A stretch of DNA of 64,000 nucleotides from NCBI RefSeq assembly GCF_009914755.1, contig NC_060941.1; one strand, written 5' to 3'. Shown one piece after another: positions 1 to 17,979 of the stretch (the first letter of the stretch is position 1; each line of letters opens with the position of its first letter). This DNA is from the human T2T-CHM13v2.0 reference genome, Homo sapiens. The notes beneath the pieces were generated by a model. That model was not told the DNA's origin. It saw nothing but the letters and a program-made list of their open reading frames with translations, and ran no database searches. The position numbers and the translations under genes were made by a program.

Positions 1-57
1 TACCAATGGAGAAAAATTTGCATGCTGTAAACTAACAGTTCATTAAATTCTGTTTAA

Positions 58-712
<655 letters not shown>

Positions 713-1507
713 GGTCTACACACCTGGTTATCTTGGACCATCCTGCCCCAGACTTCCTCTGTAACAACCCATATAATGTTTCTATGACCATAGACGTAAA
801 AGGAAACTGTGACCTTTACCAAAATAAGCAACTTATTTTTCACAAATTACTTATGTAATAAGCATCCTGTTTCCAAAACAGACCTCAGTTTTCAGGTCCG
901 TTTTGAATTGACATTTGTCACACTGCTGACTCCTTTGTTACTGAGTGAACGATATATTCTTGAGACCAATTTTTCTAAGAAATGTTATTTTAGCACATGT
1001 TCCATGGAAAGGAGGGTTTACGTTTCCAAAATACAGATGTGACAAAGAGGAAGCACATCTGATGGCCAATGAGGAGAAACAACAGAGTGGATCCTGAGGC
1101 CTCCCGTGTCCTTTCAGCCTCCCTCTGCTACTCCCACTGCTGGCCACACCAGCCTCAGGGAGGGACTGCCATGTGCACTTTCCACGGCAGCTCATTTAAC
1201 TCTTGCAGGAAACCCAAGAGGCATGTTGTGTTTCTGTCTCTGCTTTACTGACAAGGACAGGGAAGCCCAGGGAGTGAGGCGTCTCACCCAGGTCAGTGTC
1301 GGCGCACACAGGAGGCAACCAGGGCATGTGGCAGGGCCCCACAGGACACCAGGGCCTCTCAAACCCACTACCCTTTCAGGCCCCTCTGCTGCTCACCATT
1401 GGTGAAGTGGGGCTGTCAGGAGCAAAGAGAATTTCTGGATTTTCTCCTAACATTTTCCCCTACTTTAACCTCCCTTCATCTGTTGAATTTACTGCAAATC
1501 TTTCCTA

Positions 1508-2402
<895 letters not shown>

Positions 2403-3488
2403 TCACCCACCCTCTAAAATAATTCCCATTTTCCAAGTCCATCAGACACTACAGATAGGGAAGGAAAACTTATTCCATTGGACACCCACAGATATATCTT
2501 TATCATCTTATAAACACTTAAAATGTATTCAAACCTTTTGTGCATACTTTCATCATATTGTAGGAAAGTTCTCCCAAAGAGACAGGTGTATGGGGGTGCT
2601 GTTTTCTTTCTCAGAATGTAAAAGGGATTTATGAAAACAAAACTGTTCGTGCTCAAAATATTCTGGGTTTCTACTAGAAACTAAATCCATTTTCCAACCA
2701 CAAGGCATTCCATATCAAATCAGCAGCCTGCACTCTTCCTGCTCTTTATGAGAATTCCTACCTAAATCAGTCATCTTTGGTTTAGCTCCAAAGTTTATCA
2801 ACTCATCTTCATCTTCACTGAAATTTTCCAGAGGAAGTGGAGCAATAACCTCTAGCCACCCAGGGCCCCTCAGAAGCCCTGGCTGTAGGTTTCCCATCAT
2901 TGCTTCCTGAAGGGAATCCATGTGCTAGACAAGAAGTCACTTTATTGCCCGTGAGACTTGGGAGAGGCCTTCCAGAGATCTGGCCAGGCTCAGCCACTAT
3001 CTTCTTCCCCAGCCTCTCCCTGTAGTAGCGGGTGGGGGTGCCAGTGTAAACAAGGGCCCCCATGTGGGCTGAGATGGGAACAATAGGACAGAAGGTAGGA
3101 GAAGGCAGCAGCTGGGTGGACTTGGTGGCTGGAGATGGGGTTCTACATGCCATCCTCGTCCTGCGTAAGCCAAAGGGGACTGGCACTGAACGCTAGGCTG
3201 GGCAGGCCGAGGTGAGAATGGGAGTGCACGCAGCCTCAGCAGGGCAGCCTCAGCAGGGCAGCCTCTAAAGGGCTTTCCTGGAGAAAGGGGCTATGTCTAC
3301 TGCCATCAGTGAAGGAACTGGCCCCAGCAGGCGGCAGGGCCTATGGCAGGGGAGGGTCCTCTGGGCACATCTAGACTTGAGGGTCCTCCCACTTCCCACT
3401 GAAACAATTCCCTGCTGCTCAATCTCACTGCCATATGCAAAAACAAGCAAACAGGAACACTTAAAAGTGGGTCGATCAAATGCTTGAG

Positions 3489-3494
3489 TTTATT
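3489..3494 (-). terminator. Distal polyadenylation signal AATAAA
   Basis: Plus-strand tttatt. Downstream on the minus strand is a U/GU-rich tract (gtgttcctgtttgcttgttttt). Confidence 0.75.
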
Positions 3495-3879
3495 AACATG
3501 TCTCCCAAGTCTTTTTTACTGGGAGTTTCAGGGTGGTCTCTGAAATCCATTGCTGTTGAGCTCCAACTCCAGGCCCCATGGGGTTGCACCAAGCTGCTCA
3601 ACCTCACCTGTTTCTTGAAATTTTGCTGCCTTCCACTAGGCAGATGGGTCCAGCAGGAGACATTGGAGCACCAAATGGAAAAGCTCTTCCTTCCTTCCCC
3701 TCTTCCTGTACATCAGAAAGAATGCATTAGAAACTCAAGGAGTGAGCATTTGGGCTTCCTAAGGGTGAGACAGTGTGGGGCTCCTGTGGGGAGATGGGTA
3801 CTCCTGTACCCAGTGTGGCCTCCTGCTCCCACCGCTTTCCAGCTGTGGGGCTTTTCCTTGTGGAAATTACTGTCCAAGT

Positions 3880-3940
3880 TTGATTTTTCCATCTGTAAAA
3901 GGAGGCAAGTAAGGGTTGGTATGAGGATCAAATGAATTAA
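3880..3940 (+). mobile_element. MIR core fragment
   Basis: tttccatctgtaaaa ... agggttggtatgaggatcaaatga matches the MIR core. Confidence 0.6.
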
Positions 3941-5336
3941 CAATTATCAGACTGACACAAACATTCCACTTAAACAGCCAAATTGACTTAAAAGGGCAAC
4001 ATAGATGTCTGAAGCCAGACTGCCTGGTGGGCAAGCTGGAGAAAGCAACTTCTATGCAAGAACTGTGTCCTTTCAGAAGCTCCAGCCAGAGCGTACGTGG
4101 TTGGAGAGAGCCCTGAAGACAGGCCTTGCCCCACACAAACACAGAACAAATTGTTCTCCACCCCCTCCCAAAACAAAACAAAAGCAGTGAAGAGCCACAG
4201 AGTGATGACCACTACAACGGATACAGGATTGCTGAGCCCTTCCACGTGCCAGGGGCTGGGCAAAGAATTTCATATTCATTAACTTATTTCTCACCTCAAC
4301 TCTGTGAGACATGCACTCTTCCCCCACTGACAGATTCGGAGGAGGGGAGGAACTTGCCAAAGAACACACAACTGCACATGGTGGAGCTGGAATTTGAGAC
4401 CAAGTGGACCACTAAGCTACCTGCCAAACTGAGTTGCAGAAACCCCAAAGGAGGCATAGAACACGGTTTCCAATAAACAAGAGCTCATGTGGGCACTTCC
4501 TAATGACAGAAGCTAACTGTCCAAGAGCACGACTGTCTTGGGACAGGAGATCATGCTGCAGAGCCCAGGGAGGTCCGCCCTGCGCAGAGAGGGAGTGCAG
4601 ACCTAAAGAGAGCCACACTCTGTGAAAAGTGGAAAAACCTACAGATTGATCCCACCTGTTCAGAGCAACAGGCACGGCTTCACTCGGGACCACATGTGCC
4701 CAGGGGCTCCACAGGGCTGGGTCCTGGCTCTGGCCATCTCTGCACAGCCTCTGCTGGGCCACTCTGTGAGAGGTCACGCTGGCAGCAAGATCTCAGCCTC
4801 TGCTCCTTTCCCTAGTACAGTTTGATCTCTGAATTCACTTTGATCTTTTACCAGTTCGGCTTCACCTCTTGCACCAAAGCTGTGATTTCTCAGGGCAAGT
4901 TGTCAGCTTTCCTGTATGCAGTGTTTTTCTAGGTGGATTGTTTCTGATGTGGTTTCCTCTGATGCAGGTGAGGGAAGTATCATCTTGACTCCTCCACCAA
5001 TAAAATTATTCTCACAGGGCTTTACTAAACATGAGACTTGGGAGGGACCCAAGAGCTTGCTTGGCTGCAGATTCAAGGGTCCAGGACTCAGAAAAAAGTG
5101 GTCTGAGGCCGTCTAGAAATAGGCACAGATACTTCCAGGATGCATGTAACAATACCAAGTTCTCTGAGCAGTAGCTACTGCCTGCCAAATAATCCTCCTT
5201 GAGAAATACTGATCAATCTTGCTTTATTCCAGAAAGAATTTAAGACTGCTTATAGAAAATACGAGGGAGCATAGTTTAAAAAGTGTGAAGTCCTCCTCCA
5301 AAACATGTGCTAACCACTAATATCAACATTAAGGAT

Positions 5337-5945
<609 letters not shown>

Positions 5946-5958
5946 TCAGATATCTGAG

Positions 5959-6567
5959 TCCAGGTCCTCATGTCCACTGTGTCTAACTCAACTTATTACT
6001 GTGCAGACTGAGGCAGTCCAGCCCTAAAAATCCTCTCCTCTCAAGCTCCTGGACGGGACTCTAGTGAGGGCAGAACTGCTGGGCTGGTAATTCCTCTTGG
6101 TGGAGACAAAGGAACATGGGACTACGGGCAATAAGTTACTTATCAGTCTTCACTAGAGGTTGTTTCTCTCAACTAAAGTTATCAAAATTGGGTGTTGTAA
6201 TTTTTAACTTGATATTCCCAGACAAGTGCCAGGAGAGAAGCTGTTGCAAATGCTGAGTGGAGAGGAGAAAGCCTCAGCAGAGAGGCGAGCTGGAGGGAGG
6301 GATGGATGCTATCCTTCTCTGGACTGAAGCAGTTACAGGATGGCTGCACAGAGTACTCCTGGCAGGCAGAAGGGGGCGTGGGGACCCAGACACTTAAGAT
6401 GCATGGGTTTGGGGTACCCATTCCAGGCCTCATGTCCGCTGTATCCAACTCAATTTCCTCTTAATTACTGTGGAGACTGAGGCAGCCCGACCCTAACAGT
6501 CCCCTCCTCCCGGCTCCTATTCACCACTCCAGCGAGGGAGAACAACTGTTGCTCTAGTTACTTCTCT
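5959..6567. repeat. Diverged ~140-bp direct repeat (5959-6097 and 6422-6567)
   Basis: tccagg(t)cctcatgtcc(a/g)ctgt(g/a)tc(t/c)aactcaa...attactgtg(c/g)agactgaggcag...ccctaa...gctcct...ctc(t/c)ag(t/c)gaggg is shared by both copies. Confidence 0.8.
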
Positions 6568-7398
6568 CAATGGAAGGAGGGGACAGGGACTGTGGGAAAC
6601 CAACTATATACAGCATAGGCTCTCTCTCTATATATAGTCCAGTGGAGGGTATAGTTAAAGCAAACCCTTAAGAGCAGGAATAGCTGGTCAGCAATTTTCC
6701 AGGTTATGGCTTGAATACAGGTGTCAACCCATGAATGTATGAACTGGTACATTTCCACTCTATGAAACACGATATGAAATTTAAAAATACTCAGGGAAAC
6801 ATAAAGCATTTGTTTATTATTGCTATACTCAAGGCAAAATCTCTTAATTAGCCTTGATAATGGAAGTATAACCAGAACCATTATTCATGAATTTACATTT
6901 TGTTCTTTTCTGCTGTTGAGACTTCACTGTTTCACACACACCATCTACCCCAAGACCTTTAATATACAAGAACAAGAAGAATTAACTTGAAAGTCACAAA
7001 GCATGGCTTGACCACTTGCCTAGTTCCTGACTTTAGGCCAATCACTTCCCCTCTCTGAACCTGTTTCATCCTGTGTTAAAAAAGAAATGGGAGAGGAAGA
7101 GGAGAGGATAGAATAAACCTACAACTGAGATAACACAGGTGATAACTGAAAGAACATGAATGAAATTTCACTGTGAATAAAAAATATTATATAAAATAAA
7201 GTATCACTAATAACAAATAGGGTTGTGGAGGTAAAACAGTCTATGTTCCTGGAAGCCTGCATGACAGTAGCCAAGATCTAAATCCTGGGGCAGGACAAAG
7301 GATATTCATGGCCAAGTCTCTAAACTCACTAAGGAAGTACCTGGCTCAACAAGCCACTTAATATGTACCCAGCTACACCCTAGAAACACTTTGTCAGT

Positions 7399-7404
7399 TT
7401 TATT
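7399..7404 (-). terminator. Candidate proximal polyadenylation signal AATAAA
   Basis: AATAAA with UGUA motifs ~10-25 nt upstream and GUGUUU downstream, at the end of the AU-rich proximal UTR. Confidence 0.55.
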
Positions 7405-8988
7405 TTACCTTAATATACATTTGTACAGGCAATAATAAAAAGGCTATTACACAACAATTCAGTGAGTTTTACCTAGTTTCAAGAATAATGCATGCAGTTA
7501 CAAATGAGAGGTAGAAACACTGTATTAAAGACCTAAAAATACAAACGTCATATAAATAAATGTTCAAATTAACTACTGGAATTTCATACAGATAAATAAG
7601 GTAAAAATTACATTACTTTGTCAAAGTAAAGGACAACCATGTTTGTTTTTATCAGTACATTAAAATTAGATTAATGCCAAAGAGCTCTGTGCAATTTGTC
7701 AAAGAGTTCAGATTATTTTATGTAAAAGGATTAAAATAAAAGGATTAAAATTGGTGAATGGTTTATTCAAGTATTCAAGCAGGTAAGTAAAAGAAACCAA
7801 ATAATACACAACGTAGGAACCATTCCTGGAGGGATATTAAGTTAACTGCCTGCATTCTCCATGACTAGCTATTTGGTGAACTGTCAGAATTAACATGAAA
7901 AATACACATTAGGCAGAAGACAGCTGCCCATTTTCCTAAGAGAAAACGAACTTCATTTTCCACTCACTGCATGTAGGAACTCCACATCACTAACAAGCCT
8001 TTAGGTCACCAACTTTGTTTTGGCCCTATTCAAATTATCAAGAGTATCTCTTGATCCATGATTTTGTTTCTAATACTGCCCAAATAAACCTAGCCTTTAA
8101 TAAACCTAAGGTCACAGGCATCAATGTACATTCTGCATGCACAATAAAAAATGGAACCAAAAGCTAACAAAAACATTACTGAGAAAATCTGTAGGTGTAG
8201 ATAAAGAAGTAAAAAAAAAAAAATGTGCAAAGGTTCACATGAATACAAGTTTTAACCACTTAAAAGTTCACTGGAGATTACATGTGAATTCTGGAAAGGG
8301 TCTATGTATACAATCAAGTAAAATATTTTAAACAAGTCCATTGTGCCTTAGTTAAATTACAAAATCCAATACACAGTTGTTTTAATAAATTAGTGCAATA
8401 TGAAAGATTTTGGAAGATTAACATGTATCCATATTAGGATCAAATTGAAGATTTCAAAATTTCTTCCAAGATCCATGTTTCACTTCTTCTTAAGCTATTT
8501 CTTCCTGAGCTGTTTAAAGATGCATGCTCAGATTTAAACAAACTTACTCCAAATATCAAACTGCCTGGATGAGGGGTGAATACATTTACCTTTACACCTC
8601 AGCAAACACATGGAATTTCACACACTGCTCTGATGAACCCAGTGACGAGCACTCACTTTGTTTCATTTTTAATTATCTTTAAGAATAACTGTACCGATTA
8701 TCCTAGTTCTAAGGTACATTTATTCACCAAGTCCAAACTGGGAGCCAAACACTCTTGCTCCTGCTTCTACAAAGAAAAAGGGAAAGGGTGATTTTCTCCA
8801 ATAAGGCAGATTTCCTACAAATATGTAGTTTTTGGATTGTTTTTCCTTTTTCAAATCACTGCTTGTTCTTTGGTAGTCACCAGTTAAGAAGCTACAGTTT
8901 CCTGGGGATGGGGTGACAGAACTCAAGCTGTAATCCCAAAGGCATCACCTCACGTTCCCACCACCGGTCCACGGGATGAGCCTGCTGC

Positions 8989-9047
8989 TCACACGGTTGC
9001 GGTGCTATGGCAGAGCGCCGACAGTCTTCTCTCAATACTACATTTAT
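8989..9047 (-). CDS. ULK2: ULK2 last coding exon 27, CDS part: YKCSIERRLSALCHSTATV*
   Basis: Acceptor ttatttctag|ATAAA. TGA stop at 8989-8991. The 17 exons sum to 2324 nt, consistent with a 3111-nt CDS (1036 aa). Confidence 0.97.
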
Positions 9048-9619
9048 CTAGAAATAAAATAACAAAAATGAAGAACTAATGAAAAAAATCACTATATTGT
9101 CATCTCTATTCTATCTTTGCCCCAAAGTTAACAGTTCTGAATATGTTTTCTTCTTTCTGCTTGGTAATAGTTTAGATATGACTTCTAGCTTAGTGCTGCA
9201 AAGTGGTAAAATTTAGGTAAGCACATCGGCTAGCTTGCTACATAACTAGCTTGCTCATAACTGCAAATACTCTTAGAACTGCCATCCTCCTGTGGCTACT
9301 CAAAATGTAGCAGGACCACATACACTCCAACCAGTCCACCACCTCTGCCTAAAAAACCAGATTATTGGGCTTGTATGTGATAAGTAATAACATCCTGGTA
9401 TCCCATCAATCTCCACTCTGCTATCTATACCAAGTCTGCAGTACACAGAAGTTTCACAGGACTCTTTAGTCACTAAGCCCATGAGGCTTAAAACAGTTAC
9501 ATTTAATAATAAAACTAAAGTCCTCCTACATATACGAACACTTGCCAACAAAGTAACACCGTGTAGAAATCTAAAGATGAATTACGCAGTCACCAGTGCT
9601 TTTCATGCATCACCTGTAA

Positions 9620-10177
<558 letters not shown>

Positions 10178-10179
10178 TA

Positions 10180-10386
<207 letters not shown>

Positions 10387-10794
10387 TCAATTTTTCCAAG
10401 AAAATACAAATCCATTTGGGCAATGAAGCTTTAAATGGAATCCACCTAAAATTAACACATTTTGGTAAAGTGATACAGTCTGCAAAACTACATAAAACTC
10501 AAAGATTCTTTGGGATGAGCAATATATAAGAGCAACTTCATAAAAAGTCGGTCTGCTTTCAAACACAGCCTTCTGGTATTCAGAGGTATGCTTCATAAAT
10601 TTCATACTAGAACCCTTCTAAACTGGCTCTTTTATGACTTCATTATAAATTGATTTTAAACACACACTTCCATATAAGGGTAACCTGAAATTTCATTAAA
10701 GTAGATTTTGTTTCAATAATATAATTAAATGATGCTAATAGTCACTTGCTGGCTTTACTGGCTTCTTTTTCTAGCCAAATAATTTTTGGGTGTA

Positions 10795-11120
10795 GTCATT
10801 CATTCATTCAAAGATACTTATTGAGCACCTAACAAAGTGCCAGGCACTGCGCCTACAATGAAGGAGAGCTTGCAGTCTGGAGGGAGATACAGTCCTGCAA
10901 AAAATGCAATTCTAATGCCAAGGCACACACGGTGTTACAGGAGGAAGCACTGGATGATACGGAACACATAGGGGATGCCTCTAACCTATATTACGGAAGG
11001 AGAAGATGATTAGGGGAAGCTTCCAGGAGGTGCTGTTTGTGCTGAATCATAAAGCAACAACAGCAGAAGTGAATCAGGTGAGGAAAAATGTGGGAAGGGG
11101 CTCTCCAGAAAGAGGGGATG
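10795..11120 (-). mobile_element. L2 3' end
   Basis: cattcattcattcaaagatacttattgagcacct..gtgccaggcactg. Confidence 0.65.
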
Positions 11121-11969
11121 GTAGCATTATTCACAGGGGTTTCCCCATCGACATTCTGATTTTCTCTTTGATCATTAAGTACCAGAACTCTCAGAAATCC
11201 AGTATCCGAATTTACTTGTTAATATGCTATATCTTGTTTTTGTTTTTAATTTTTAAAATGTATTTATGCATTCTTATATAGATGGGGTCTCGCTCTGTTG
11301 CCTAGACTAATCTTGAACTCCTGAGCTCAAGCAATCCTCTTGTCTCAGCCTCCTGAGTAGCTGGGACTACAGGTGCATGCCACTGCACCTAGCTATTCTC
11401 TCTCCTTCAAAAAAAATAATTTCAAGCAGCTAACAATAAAGCAAATAAAATGGATACAGAAGATCAGAGCCAGGACAAGGAAAAAGAAAAAAATAACTAA
11501 GTGTTAATGCCTCTAAGCTCACTAAGCAGCCACGACGAACGGAGGAATTTATAAGTTATAGGGCTCTTTATTCTGAGAAGGAAAAACAGCATTATAATTC
11601 CATATGGAGGACATTTTTCTGGTGCAAAATTCTAAAAATAATTTATCATATGAAGTCTCAACTCAGCATACAGTGATGCAGTGCATATTATTCATCTCAA
11701 TAGTTTACAGCAATATGATATATACTATTTTTGTCAAGAATTTATATTCCAAAGTTATTTTCCTATGGTTATTTTAATAAATTTCAAAATAAGGCCACGG
11801 ATGTAATATAACAGCACAGTTCACAGTAGACAAATAGAAAATGGAAAGGGGGATCTATTATGTTAATGTGTTAGAAATACAATTGGCATGCCGGGCACAG
11901 TGGCTCACACCTATAATCCCAGCACTTTGGGAGGCCGAGGTGGGTGGATCACCTGAGGTCAAGAGTTCA

Positions 11970-12209
<240 letters not shown>

Positions 12210-12701
12210 CTAACTAATGAATTTTCCCCCACTTAACTACTTTTTCAACAGCCTCTATTTTTATTTATACTTTAGAGTAATTTTTCCCCGAGAGGCAGAA
12301 AACAAATTATTTCCAATATTAAAACCAGAAAATAGGAAAAGAAGGTTTTACTTTGTGTCTATCCTACAATATCAGTAAGTGGGACCTGAGCACATAAATT
12401 TGTGTGGATTGATTAATAAAGCAGTGTTTTTCCTAAGAGTTTTATCAAGCCTAACTTTCTTAAACAGCAGAAAATGCAGAAACAGATCCTGCTAATGCTT
12501 TTAGATGCACACTATAAAAAGATTAGATCGGCTGGGCACGGTGGCTCACATCTGTAATCCCAGCACTTTGGGAGGCTAAGGAGGGTGGAACACCTGAGGC
12601 CAGGAGTTGGAAACCACCCTGGCCAACATGGCAAAACCCCATCTCTACTAAAAATACAAAAATTAGCTGGGCATGGTGGCAAGTGCCTGTAATCCCAGCT
12701 A

Positions 12702-12920
<219 letters not shown>

Positions 12921-13091
12921 TTAAAATACATCCAGTAAATGACATTAACAGTTGCTTAAATCCAATTACTTCTTTAGTAGAAGGCAATCCACAATACTTG
13001 GGACTTGAGACATTATCTTTTAAAAGGATAGCTGTCATATAGATATTCAATTAAAAAGACACTTAAAGATAAGTAGTACTATACAATATTA

Positions 13092-13325
<234 letters not shown>

Positions 13326-13603
13326 TTATATGTATCTTTCCTGCTGATATATAGGGAAGGTGTCACTATGTGATCATTCAAAAAAAGGACCAGAAATAGG
13401 ATTTTTTCATGTTATCTCTTTCAATATGAAAAGATTGAGAATAATGCACTTCAGACTTCTATCAATTGAACTGCAAAAAGCTAACAACCCAGCATCTTTT
13501 CCCTTTAAGAATACTGAAAAATAAAAACAACAGTGAGTACTCATCAGACACTCTCTCACAGTGTGATGGGAAAGAGCAACTTAAGGACTGACCCCTGGAG
13601 TTA

Positions 13604-13801
<198 letters not shown>

Positions 13802-14480
13802 CTACACAACAGGTCACCATTAAAATTGCCTTTCTATAAAGGAATAGCATCCTCTTTGATTTCTTTTCTTCTTTCTTTTCTTTTTTTTTTTTTTTTTTTG
13901 ACAGAGTCTTGCTCTGTCCCCCAGGCCGAAGTATAGTGGCTTGATCTTGGCTTACTGCAGCCTCTACTTCCTGGGCTCAAGGGATCCTCCCACCTCAGCC
14001 TCCCGAATATTAATAGTTGGGACCACAGGGACGCACCACCATGCCCGGCTAATTTTTGTATTTTTTGTAGAGACAGGGATTCATCATATTGCCCAGGCTG
14101 GTCTCGAACCCATGGGCTCAAGCAATCCTTCTGCCCCATCCTCCCAAAGTGCTGGAATTACATATAGGCATAAGCTACTGCGACCAGCCCTCCTTAATTT
14201 CTTAATGCACAAGTAAACTCTCAAGGGACAAGGCATAGTTAAAGATGTGTGTACTGTGAAAATAACGGATACACTCAGATAAAAATCAATACAATCTATT
14301 TACACAAAAGAACTTCAACAGTATAATTTACAAGGAAAGGCAACACTGAGGTTGCATAATCTCCAGGTCTTGGCTCATATAGTGAAATGTAGTACAAAGA
14401 AATAATTGAGACTCCTAGCTTTTAATAATGAGATATGATCTTCAGTGGATGACAATACCTACAACTTAGACACAAGTTTA

Positions 14481-14726
<246 letters not shown>

Positions 14727-16323
14727 TTAGAAAATTTCAGATTAAAAATACGTACATACTCATTTCTGTACATAAACCATGGCCGCTGATCATGTTTTCT
14801 ATACTTATGAGTATCAGAATGACAAAAGGAGATTGAAATTTTTAAATTTCAGAAAGCTGGTAAGAAAATAAACACAAATGAAACCAAATATAGGTATATG
14901 CATGTGTTTGTGTATGTGTATCAGAGTACCCACATAAGTAAACTCAGGATGGGTCGCTGTGCTTTTACCAGAAAAAGAAAAGAAAGCTGAACGATTAAAT
15001 CAATATACATGAGACAAAAACGTGACAAGGTAGACACCAAGATTACAAGGATACTATAGGTGCTAAATCACACTTCTTGATACTGTATTGAATTCTGCTG
15101 ACTTCTTATAATTTCAGAGTTGCTTTATTTAATTTCTGGTCGTTTTTCAGTTAACAGTGATTACTAATACCAAAGCTCTAACTTTCTGTGATCTTTTCAG
15201 TTAGTTAAAGAGGGGAGTGTGGGTAGACATAACAGCATTCAGAGGGCTGTCATTTAAAAATGGGCATTCTAGGCCGGGCATGGTGGCTCATGCCTGTAAT
15301 CCAAGCACTTTGGGAGGCCAAGGCGGGTGGATCACCTGAGGTCAGGAGTTTGAGACCAGCCTGGCCAACATGGCGAAATCCCGTCTCTACTAAAAATACA
15401 AAAATTAGCTGGGCGTGGTGGCATGTGCCTGTAGTCCCAGCTCCTCAGGAAGCTGAGGCAGGAGAGTGGCTTGAACCCAGGAGGTGGAAGTTAGAGTGAG
15501 CTGAGATCGCACCACTGCATTCCAACCTGGGTGACAGAGCAAGACTCTGTCTCAAATAAACAAACAAACAAACAAACAAACAAATAAATAAATAAATAAA
15601 TGGGTATTCTAGATTGTTGTTTTGAGATTTGTTTTTAGTTATAAATGCATTCTGAAATCTCAAGCCTAAAAGTTTCCCACTCTTTTATGGTTAAATAAAG
15701 ATGAGAATCATTTTCCTAGTGACAGGAGAATAAGCCAATTGACTTCTAAAAGTCTCTCTGCTCTGTGACAGCATATTGCACTGTATGTTTCAATACACTG
15801 GAACATGCAATAGAATGTACTAGAATGCTCACGCCTGTAATCCTAGCACTTTGGGAGGCAGAGGTGGGCAGATCACAAGGTCAGGAGTTCGAGACCCGCC
15901 TGGCCAACATGGTGAAACCCCGTCTCTACTAAAAATACAAAAATTAGCCGGGCATGGTGGCGTGTGCCTGTAATCCCAGCTACTCGGGGGGGCTGAGGCA
16001 GGAGAATTGCTTGAACCCAGGAGGCAGAGGTTGGAGTGAGCCGAGATTGCACCACTGCACTCCAGCCTGGGTGACAGAGCAAGACTCTGTCTCAAAAAAA
16101 AAGAAAGAAAGAAAAACACAGAATCTATGTGTTTCTTCCTATAAACCAAAGCTTATTATGGATGAGTGTCACTGTCAATGTTAATTTAAAAAGACATCAG
16201 CAATACTTTTCAAACAGAAAAGGCACGTTAAAGAGAACATAACTTCCTAACTATTTAATGTATTTTGTTCTTGTCATCACTAGAATGTTCTCATATCAAA
16301 TCAACATTACATTCACACCACTA

Positions 16324-16584
<261 letters not shown>

Positions 16585-17152
16585 TTAGGGCTTTCACACC
16601 CACTCCTACTCTTATTTACTAAACAAACCTGCTGAAGTGACAAAGGAAAGTTTCGTTAAAAGAAACTCACTGACCCCCTATGTACTATTTGAGGATATTA
16701 ATAGTTTTTACTTATCCATGTTCATTGTTATTCCTTGTCTATATATTTTATATTAGACATCATCAGAGCTAGTTTTTTTATACTCTGTTTTAAACAAATT
16801 TAGATCATATTCATTTCTCCTTGCTGCTCCACAGGGCCTCATAATTATAAAACTCAATGGATGCACTGATTCATTAAATTTATATATATTATATAATGTT
16901 TATCTGGAGTCATTTATACTATTTCTGATTTTATTCATATTACAAATAGCACTGTAATGAAATGCAGACAGTTGTTCCTTCTTTTGAATAATTTCTTTGT
17001 GATAAATACTCTGAAGTGGTATAAGAAGGAATGGAATTAGCATAGATCAATAAATATTTTTACAGCTCTTCCTAAGAACTGTTATAGTACTCTCTAACGC
17101 AGCCCTGAGTAAGCACATAGATCCTACTAAACCTCAATAACACTGGACATGA

Positions 17153-17183
<31 letters not shown>

Positions 17184-17185
17184 GA

Positions 17186-17499
<314 letters not shown>

Positions 17500-17846
17500 T
17501 AACAGATATAAAATGTTACTTTCGTAAAATGGTATTTTCTTATTATTCAAGGTTTTTAATCGTCTTAAAAACATAATTTTAGATCTATTTTCTCTTATCT
17601 ATTTCTATCCTTTGCTTATTAACCTGGTCTCTTGATCAGCAACTTATTTAGAATAAGATAACTTGACTCATGATACAACAGATAAGACATCAAATTATTG
17701 ATTTCAAGTCCAATCTAAATACTTTCTTAAGTTTTGGTATTAACCTATTTACAGATTATAAATGATAAATCTATTAGCCTTCTAACTGTATATAGGATTA
17801 AGTGCAAAGATTGAGACCCAAAGTACAAAAAATTAAAAAAAAATAA

Positions 17847-17979
<133 letters not shown>

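Noticed and set aside
3226-3233. AhR XRE-like core GCGTG downstream of ULK2 (ALDH3A1 is recalled to lie further in this direction)
   Set aside because: A single core without the full TNGCGTG consensus, not distinguishable from background.
3480-4825. Cluster of overlapping 60-150 aa ORFs on both strands
   Set aside because: No recognisable domains or splice-consistent structure. They lie within the ULK2 3'UTR and MIR fragments.
4933-4967. Plus-strand 35-nt micro-exon-like segment (ttctag|...CAG|gtgagg)
   Set aside because: Isolated splice-like motifs with no linked promoter or partner exon, and expected by chance.
7723-7750. 14-bp tandem duplication taaaaggattaaaa, and a similar short duplication at ~9230-9262
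   Set aside because: Ordinary slippage duplications with no evident function.
8343-8350. gtgcctta (miR-124 8mer) and a partial miR-21-like match near 8491
   Set aside because: These are on the plus strand, which is antisense to the ULK2 mRNA.
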